Below, piece after piece: positions 57,261 to 64,000 of a DNA stretch of 64,000 nt (positions within the stretch are counted from its first letter, which is position 1; each line of letters opens with the position of its first letter). A model generated the notes under the pieces. The model saw only the letters and a list, made by a program, of their open reading frames with translations, ran no database searches and was not told where the DNA came from. This stretch comes from a virus, in the IMG/VR virus record IMGVR_UViG_3300032032_000001, positions 32,001 through 96,000 of that record; one strand, 5' to 3'. The translations under genes were made by a program, and so were the position numbers.

Positions 57261-58156
57261 TGATCAAAGTCTCGGACATACGGGTACGCAGCTTTAATGT
57301 TGATTACCTAGATATCTATTGGGATATCGAGCCCGCGTTCGAAGACTTGAATAACTATGAGTTTGTTGTAGAGCGCTCCGAGAACGAATTCGGTCCGTAC
57401 GAGCCGCTTACAGGGCCCATCATTGACAAGTATCACATAAGAGATATTACCCTTCGTGGCCGATTTACATATTACACGAAAATATACTATCGTGTCCGTG
57501 TTAGTAATCGCGAAACGGGGGAGAGCTTAGTATATCCTGAGACTGGTGGCTCGAAGTTAGCCGCTAAGCCGGATTTAGCCGCTCTAGAGATGGCAAGACT
57601 TAACAACCTAAGACTGAAAGAGTTTTCCGGAAGGAAGCTGTGGATCTTCCCAAAAAGAAAGATGGGGCAGCGGTGTAGTATCTGCTGGGACCAGACATCT
57701 GGGAGAAAGCTTAGGTCACAATGCCCCAACTGTTTCGATACTACATGGGTCGGGGGTTATCATGCCCCTGTTGAGACCTACGGCTTAATTGCCACACCAA
57801 ACGAGCAGACTATCCACGCGAACTTCGGAAACGTGGAAAATGAGAACACTTCATTTAATCTGGGAAACTTCCCTGAGTTGTTTGAGGGCGATCTCGTCGT
57901 GGAGGCCGAAAACGTCCGATGGCGTGTGGCCTCCTCCGTGTCTAAAGTAAAGAAATCTCGTTCGTTGGTACGACAACAGGCTGCTTTGCATAGAATACCT
58001 AAAGGGGATATCGAATATAGAATTCCTCTTAACCTCTCCGATGAAGAGATCAGCATTTTGACTGCTTCCCCGGAAAGGAATTATACAAACCCCCAGACAA
58101 TGTCTGAGGCTAAATTGTCTAATGTGTTAACCGACGTTTTTGGAAATAGATCTTAG
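57260..58156 (+). CDS. Head closure/neck protein with FN3-like N-terminus and Zn finger
   Basis: YLDIYW...FVVERSE...YYRVRV; RCSICWD...CPNCFDTTWVGGY; GDLVVE..NVRWRV. Confidence 0.6.
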   Translation: MIKVSDIRVRSFNVDYLDIYWDIEPAFEDLNNYEFVVERSENEFGPYEPLTGPIIDKYHIRDITLRGRFTYYTKIYYRVRVSNRETGESLVYPETGGSKLAAKPDLAALEMARLNNLRLKEFSGRKLWIFPKRKMGQRCSICWDQTSGRKLRSQCPNCFDTTWVGGYHAPVETYGLIATPNEQTIHANFGNVENENTSFNLGNFPELFEGDLVVEAENVRWRVASSVSKVKKSRSLVRQQAALHRIPKGDIEYRIPLNLSDEEISILTASPERNYTNPQTMSEAKLSNVLTDVFGNRS

Positions 58157-58157
58157 A

Positions 58158-58778
58158 ATGACTGCTTTAGCGAACGAAACCACCTTTGTGCTGCCTGACG
58201 ACCGACTGGTCGTAGCAACACGTGCGTGGATTATCTTCCTACAAGGCTTATTTAAAGGTCGTCCTGCCGGTTTTCATAAGTGGTCTCCCAATATTGATGA
58301 GACTGAGATTATAATTACAGATCAGAACCCCTCTCATATCGAGAGCACGAACAATAGACCGATTATTTGTACAGCAAGAGGTCCAGCAACATGGTCAGGA
58401 ACTTCATTAAGCCAAGCGATGCAGCCAGTGTTTCATTCGCCAGCCAAGGTGATGTCCGACATGATGGGGACTTCGATGACACTTAGTGTGGTTGCCAGGG
58501 AAGGGTTAGAAGCCCAGAGTCTGGCATACTTGATTTTTAGAATGATACCTATCTTTAAGCCGCAGATTATGCGATTGGGAAGAATGCACGCGATTGGTAA
58601 TAATATTACCTTGACCCAGGAAACCCAAATGGGACAAATTGTCCCTGGCTCGTCTACACCTGAATGGAAAATGGTCCAGTTAATGATTCCATTTTATATA
58701 CAGGATGTAATATCGGCAGATGAGAAGGACTTCTACTCAATGGTGCAAGCTGTTAACCTACATATGGGTTTGGGATAG
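58158..58778 (+). CDS. Tail terminator/completion protein
   Basis: RPIICTARG...AREGLEAQSLA; immediately upstream of the sheath. Confidence 0.55.
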   Translation: MTALANETTFVLPDDRLVVATRAWIIFLQGLFKGRPAGFHKWSPNIDETEIIITDQNPSHIESTNNRPIICTARGPATWSGTSLSQAMQPVFHSPAKVMSDMMGTSMTLSVVAREGLEAQSLAYLIFRMIPIFKPQIMRLGRMHAIGNNITLTQETQMGQIVPGSSTPEWKMVQLMIPFYIQDVISADEKDFYSMVQAVNLHMGLG

Positions 58779-58802
58779 CAAACCGACAGGAGTAATAAAG
58801 AA

Positions 58803-61800
58803 ATGGCAACGCTTACTCGTCCAGGCGTCGAAATCGCACAAGAAATTACTGCGGGTGCGCCGACAATATTGACCCCAACTTTGGTTCCGTGCCTAGTTGG
58901 GCCTTGTTTTCAAATCGTCTCCCCTCTGACCGAGGATGGTGCTTTGAACACCGGGGCTATCGTTTCGGTAGCCGCCCTTGTTCAGAGTGATCAACCGCTT
59001 CCAGCGGCCCTGAGTTTATCAGGTCGTTCGATGCAGATTAAGGTCAACAATGGGCAGGTGCAAACCATCAACTTCCCAGTGACTATTAACGGCGAGGCAA
59101 TCGACCACGCATTAACTGTTAATACGATCAACAAGCAGCTCACGGGCGCTGTTGCGGAAATCGTTGGTGATAAGCTCAACATCCGGACCAACTCAAAGGG
59201 TTCCAGTCAGAGTATTGAGTTAATCAATATTGCTGACCCAAATGTTGAGGCATATTCACTCTTAGAGATTAACCAACTTGTTGGTGTGGTTGTTACTGGC
59301 CAGAGCCAGTACACTAATATCTCTTACACTGTCCCCTACTCCAGTTTTCCGTCTCCGATGGCTTCCGTGGACGAGGTAGTCATTACAGACGAAAACACTA
59401 AGATGTACCGATACTTCGGTGGGACTCTTAGAGAATTCTCTGAGGATAGTGCAATTAATACGAACGCTTACGCGTGGAACGTTATGCAGGTTGCTGACCA
59501 TACGGTCGCCTCCGCACATAGCCCCGCGTTTGGAGACTCTAAGTCTTGGATGTTCGGCAAGGTTAAGGCTGGGTCTAAGACAGACACCATGCAGCACCTT
59601 GGTTCCGATGCCTACCTAGAGTTCCCCCTCTGCCATGATGTGGCCCCTGATGGAGGCTCCCTCGGAGTAATGACCCAGTGGCCAGACCCCCGTGGAAAGA
59701 ACAAGATTGTTCTCCACGCTAAGGGTATGAGTGACTACACGAGCAGCGGAATTCTCTCTTCTATGGGGACTGCCGCAAGTCTTGGTAATGCTGGTAATAA
59801 TCTTTCGCTAACCATGTCGCACAACGCTGGTCTTGGTGATGGCGCTACGGTTGTTTATACGCCGGGTACCGGTCTAGAAGTGACCGTTTCCGACGACACC
59901 ACTTTCGCCACGTTGGCTGCTGCTATTGCTGCATCGCCATCCTTGGCTGACGCCTCGGGCGAGATGTCCGTAACGCTGGAAAGTGATGTGGACGACCCTG
60001 CCGTAGCAACTGTGCGTAATTTCACCGCAGGTAACCCTGCTGGAGCACCTTGGAACAACGCCAACACGTGTTCCCTTAACCTTTCTTACGGTTCTGACCC
60101 TGTTGACTTTAGCATCGACGCTCCAGTCGCTGAGGGTTGTGGCCAAGGTGAGGCTAACAACGAGAACCTCTCGCAGGCACATGTTTGTGGCGCTGTTCCA
60201 ATCGGCGGCGGCGACACGGCAACCGACCTAGGCATCGCTGGGGAGACCATTAGTGTCTCTATCGACGGTGGCGCAGCTGTCTCCCATACCTTTATTGGTG
60301 GGGACCCTGTTATTGGTGGTCTGAACACCGCCCTGACTGGGGTAGGTACTGCGACGCAGGTTGGTTATGCCTTAAGCAATGATATTGGCGAGACTTTTCA
60401 GCCTATCCGAATCACCTCTGTCTCAGACAACGGGCACGACTCTACTATTGAAATCTCCGCAGATAACGCACTTGTTATCCAGAGACTGTTTAGTGGTTCG
60501 GCCTCCGGTTCTGGCTCAGCCGCCCCGGCTGCTCAGACTGCCGCTCTGAATGAAGATCGTGGCGGGCTCCTTACCTCTGCTGCGTACAACGCTGTCACTG
60601 GGCAGAATGAGTCGGTCAACCAGCGAGCCTTGGTTCCTGGTAGCGTGACGATTCAAATCGACGGAGCCGTCGCCATTGGCTGTATCGCGGGAATCGGTGA
60701 CGATACCTGTAACGCCACCGCTGGTAACGCAGCCGCTACTGTTAATATTGAGGTTGACGGCGGAGCGACCAGTTTTGACGTTAATATGCCCGCTGGCGGA
60801 TGGCCGGGAGACCCGGGCGCTGCCGCCGCTGCTATGCAGGCGGGAATTGTTGCCGCCGGTGGTGGCTTAGATTCCCAGATCTGTGCTTCAGAGCACGCGG
60901 GAACTGTTGTCATCTCCAGGTTCTCCGGCAATGTTGGCGACTCTATCGCCATCCTCAGTACCGGTGACGCTGATCTTGCTGCGTACTTTGCGAACACGGA
61001 TGTGACATCCACTTGCGAAGCAACCTCCATCACTCTTAGGGACTCTGGCGCAAGCCCTGCGTTCCGAGTTGAATGTACGGCTGCCTCCACTGGATCTCAG
61101 ATTGGTGTAGCTGGAACTCTTGATGAGTGGGTTATGGGTGGAGCGGAGGCCGACAATACTGGTAGAGCCGCGACACAGATCAACTACTCCTCGGGTGACA
61201 TTAACTTCGCTTTTGCTGGTGACGATTTCGCGGGCGCTTACGCCGATGCACATCCGATTACCATGAAGCTCGGTGCCGCACCTAGCGCTACGGTTACTTA
61301 CAACCGATCTTGGGCCAATACGGTTCAAGCGGCTAAGCAGGGGTATACCGGAAAGCTTCATCACGGTCAGAGCAACAGAACGATTCTCTCCGACTTTGTT
61401 TCACACGATGGCAATGTCCTTGGTCGCGTTTCTGCGATTGAAGACTTCGCTGCTGGGGGTGCTACTTTTAGTGGAGCCCAGGTTGTCCTTTCTGAGTTCG
61501 CTCTGGACAACAAGCAGCTCTCTAACAAGTGGTACATGACTGCTGACGGCGTAGTTGCCGGATCTGTTGACAACCCACGTGTTGAGCCTGAGGCAAGCGG
61601 AAACGATCTTGAGCAGATCTACACTCTGAAGCACGCTCTTAACCGAGACTCTTCGGGCGTAGCGATCTCCGGAGGCGCAGACATCTATGTTGACTACAGC
61701 GCTCTCCGAAGAGACGTTACAGGATCTGCTGCGGACCCAGGATTATTAGTCTTTAATAGTATTGCTGAAGTAGAGGCAAATATCGGGCCTATTAGTCCTG

Positions 61801-63155
61801 ATAACCCCCTTGCTTTCGGTATGTACTTGGCGTTCCTCAACACCTCAAACATCAACATCGCAGCATTCGGTGTCGATGAGGTTACTGCGGATGCGCCACA
61901 GGGGACTGTTAAAGCATACGCTGAGGCACTTGACTTCTTACAGATGAAGGAAGTCTACGCTCTTGCTCCTCTCACGCATGACATGGAAGTGTTCAAGGTG
62001 TTCAACCAACACGTGAACGACATGTCGGCACCTACGGGCAAGAAAGAGCGGATGGTGCTTTGCTGTCCAGAGCTTCCTTCTGAGAAGCCCTCGATCCTAG
62101 CCTTCTCCTCAACGGACTTCGAGATTAGTCCAGAGGGTGGCGGAAAGTGGAGACTAACTGACGCGAATGGTGGAAACATCATGCTGGCTCTAAATGAGTC
62201 CACTGTTAAGGATGCTAACGGAAACCCGCTCGACCTGAGCGTTGGCGACTCGTTGCTCCCTGAGCAGGATGTTTATATCGACCGTGAGGGAGATCCCTAC
62301 CGATACCTGATCACCGCACTTCCCGCTGCCGATGCCGTAATCATCGAGCCTGCGAATGATGTGTGGCGTCCAGGCGTCTACGGCCCAGGAACGGGTGGCA
62401 ACGCTGACGCGTATTACAACAACGCTAATCCTGAGGATTGGGCAGCTACTGGAGAAGGTGCTTCCATCTTCGTTAGACAGGCAGCTACTGATTTGTCTAC
62501 CACTGGTGGCAAGCTCGCTACCTGTGAGACTCTCGCGGAGATTGCTGGCGGACCTACCGGGTTCCAGAACCGAAGACTCGTACTTGTTCTTCCAGACCAA
62601 GTTGGTGTTTCGATTGGTGGCCTTGAGTCCGCTGTGAACGGCTACTACTTATGTGGTGCCATCGCTGCAATGATTGGTCAGCAGAATCCATCACAACCGT
62701 TTACCAACCTGCCTATGGTTGGGTTTACGCGCCCGATTGGATCCAATGACTTGTTCAGCGAAAACGCTATGTCCACGGCTGCTGCTGGTGGGATTTACTG
62801 GGTTATTCAGGACAATCCTGGCGGAGCGCTGGTGTCAAGGCACCAATTAACAACGGACCTCACTTCTATTAAGACTAGAGAAATGTCTATTCTTAAGGCT
62901 GTGGATTACGTTGCTAAATTAATGAGAGGACAGGTTAAGCGATTTATCGGTCGCAATAACATCACTAAGCAGCTTCTCGAAGCCATCTCTTTGGGGATGC
63001 AGGGATCGCTCGCTAGTGTAACTGGTTCGGTTGTAGCTGAGGCCACTCTTGATTCTTTGACTCAAGACTCGGACCAGCCGGATACAATTAGAGCGGAAGT
63101 GACCTTGGTTCCGTTCTATCCCGCAAACTACATCAAGATCACTATTTACGTGTAA
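58803..63155 (+). CDS. Contractile tail sheath protein with large insertions
   Basis: N-terminal RPGVEIAQE...PCLVG. C-terminal YLCGAIAAM, SRHQLTT, TREMSILKAVDYV, FIG, PFYPANYIKITIYV. Confidence 0.9.
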   Translation: MATLTRPGVEIAQEITAGAPTILTPTLVPCLVGPCFQIVSPLTEDGALNTGAIVSVAALVQSDQPLPAALSLSGRSMQIKVNNGQVQTINFPVTINGEAIDHALTVNTINKQLTGAVAEIVGDKLNIRTNSKGSSQSIELINIADPNVEAYSLLEINQLVGVVVTGQSQYTNISYTVPYSSFPSPMASVDEVVITDENTKMYRYFGGTLREFSEDSAINTNAYAWNVMQVADHTVASAHSPAFGDSKSWMFGKVKAGSKTDTMQHLGSDAYLEFPLCHDVAPDGGSLGVMTQWPDPRGKNKIVLHAKGMSDYTSSGILSSMGTAASLGNAGNNLSLTMSHNAGLGDGATVVYTPGTGLEVTVSDDTTFATLAAAIAASPSLADASGEMSVTLESDVDDPAVATVRNFTAGNPAGAPWNNANTCSLNLSYGSDPVDFSIDAPVAEGCGQGEANNENLSQAHVCGAVPIGGGDTATDLGIAGETISVSIDGGAAVSHTFIGGDPVIGGLNTALTGVGTATQVGYALSNDIGETFQPIRITSVSDNGHDSTIEISADNALVIQRLFSGSASGSGSAAPAAQTAALNEDRGGLLTSAAYNAVTGQNESVNQRALVPGSVTIQIDGAVAIGCIAGIGDDTCNATAGNAAATVNIEVDGGATSFDVNMPAGGWPGDPGAAAAAMQAGIVAAGGGLDSQICASEHAGTVVISRFSGNVGDSIAILSTGDADLAAYFANTDVTSTCEATSITLRDSGASPAFRVECTAASTGSQIGVAGTLDEWVMGGAEADNTGRAATQINYSSGDINFAFAGDDFAGAYADAHPITMKLGAAPSATVTYNRSWANTVQAAKQGYTGKLHHGQSNRTILSDFVSHDGNVLGRVSAIEDFAAGGATFSGAQVVLSEFALDNKQLSNKWYMTADGVVAGSVDNPRVEPEASGNDLEQIYTLKHALNRDSSGVAISGGADIYVDYSALRRDVTGSAADPGLLVFNSIAEVEANIGPISPDNPLAFGMYLAFLNTSNINIAAFGVDEVTADAPQGTVKAYAEALDFLQMKEVYALAPLTHDMEVFKVFNQHVNDMSAPTGKKERMVLCCPELPSEKPSILAFSSTDFEISPEGGGKWRLTDANGGNIMLALNESTVKDANGNPLDLSVGDSLLPEQDVYIDREGDPYRYLITALPAADAVIIEPANDVWRPGVYGPGTGGNADAYYNNANPEDWAATGEGASIFVRQAATDLSTTGGKLATCETLAEIAGGPTGFQNRRLVLVLPDQVGVSIGGLESAVNGYYLCGAIAAMIGQQNPSQPFTNLPMVGFTRPIGSNDLFSENAMSTAAAGGIYWVIQDNPGGALVSRHQLTTDLTSIKTREMSILKAVDYVAKLMRGQVKRFIGRNNITKQLLEAISLGMQGSLASVTGSVVAEATLDSLTQDSDQPDTIRAEVTLVPFYPANYIKITIYV

Positions 63156-63182
63156 TAAAGCCCACGTTTAAGGAGAAAGAAA

Positions 63183-63440
63183 ATGGCAAGTAAAGCTTTT
63201 GGATCGCAAAAAAGACCCGCTGGTAAAGAGTTTCGTGACGGAACTGTCGGAGAGGCCCTTGACGAAGTGTACAAGGACGTTGACGCCGGATTCGCTAACC
63301 TGGAACAGCCACTCATCGCTGACTCCGCTGAAGTAGGCGGTAACGAGGCAGCAAACGAGGCTAGCATTATTGCTCACGCAGCAAAGATTAACGAGATCCT
63401 CGTTGCCCTTAAGGCGGCTGGAATCGTTGCAGAAGCGTAA
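63183..63440 (+). CDS. Small protein with head-fibre-like C-terminal helix
   Basis: AAGGAG RBS; ends AKINEILVALKAAGIVA. Confidence 0.55.
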   Translation: MASKAFGSQKRPAGKEFRDGTVGEALDEVYKDVDAGFANLEQPLIADSAEVGGNEAANEASIIAHAAKINEILVALKAAGIVAEA

Positions 63441-63474
63441 GCTCACCACGGAACCACCTGATAAGGAGTAATTC

Positions 63475-64000
63475 ATGCCCGGTTTAGAAAATTGGTCACC
63501 ATATAAGACCCACGTACAGGGTGGTCTGCGAGAAGGTAACTTCCTAAACGGGCAGTTCATCCTCATCTGCGCGGGACCACCGTTCTTTAGTCAGCTCGCC
63601 CTTGGGTCTGGAGACTCTGATCTGTCGAATACCATCGTGTATCCGATTGGTTTGACCCAGAACATCGCGCTGTCTCAGAACAAAGCCATCAGTCGAATCT
63701 TTGAGATTGGTTCGGACCGAAGCTACTTCATCTCTGGCCGAAGCGTTGGACAGTTGTCCCTCGGCAGAGTTGTGTATCACGGACCTTCCCTTCTTCGCTG
63801 CTTGTACGCATACTATGACACCACTAATGGTGACGTTGATGAGTACAAGATCCGTCCTTTGATGGAGACAGCAGGTTTGGGAATCAACCCCTTCTCCACC
63901 GAAGGCGCTGATAGTGTTAGTTCGGGACTTCACTCTGTGAAGATTCCCCCAGGTTACGACAACATGTTCTTGAACTTGGCGTCGGATCTGTTCAGCCAGC
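63475..64000 (+). CDS. Tail tube protein (partial, runs off the window)
   Basis: ATG at 63475 with AAGGAG RBS, open to the end. YPIGLTQNIALSQNKAISRIFEIGSDRSYFISGR is tube-like. Follows the sheath. Not in the ORF track. Confidence 0.75.
   Translation, partial: MPGLENWSPYKTHVQGGLREGNFLNGQFILICAGPPFFSQLALGSGDSDLSNTIVYPIGLTQNIALSQNKAISRIFEIGSDRSYFISGRSVGQLSLGRVVYHGPSLLRCLYAYYDTTNGDVDEYKIRPLMETAGLGINPFSTEGADSVSSGLHSVKIPPGYDNMFLNLASDLFSQ

Noticed and set aside
1-64000. Stop-codon reassignment
   Set aside because: TAA, TAG and TGA all end well-supported genes, and coding density is high under the standard code.

Overview
A 64-kb segment of a large contractile-tailed dsDNA bacteriophage (standard code, bacterial AGGAG/GGAGG ribosome-binding sites). 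No rRNA, tRNA, CRISPR array, integrase or transposase was seen. Layout: (1) 1-7893, rightward: end of a tail/baseplate gene and a 2578-aa beta-helix tail spike/fibre. (2) ~7960-25230, leftward early/replication block: Rho_N and AT-hook proteins, metallophosphoesterase, RusA, Cas4-like and Hjc-like nucleases, a RecA with rewired ATPase motifs, GIY-YIG, family A DNA polymerase, Cys-rich SSB, primase, DnaB, degenerate UDG, SF2 helicase, XRE. (3) 25258-64000, rightward morphogenesis block: portal, a single-chain beta-beta' RNA polymerase coupled to the baseplate spike gene, SNF2 ATPase, terminase, prohead protease, scaffolds, major capsid protein, neck, 1450-aa sheath, tube. Two systems stand out. 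(a) A probable phage transcription system: the fused RNAP sits among late virion genes, and a conserved motif WGGYATAAG-N4-RTG precedes all four clear leftward transcription units, three of them with a stem-loop starting at the predicted +1. (b) A K-x-A-(S/A/G) motif recurs dozens of times in head-module proteins and probably marks cleavage sites of the assemblin/HK97-type prohead protease. All calls come from motif recognition by eye; no database searches were run.
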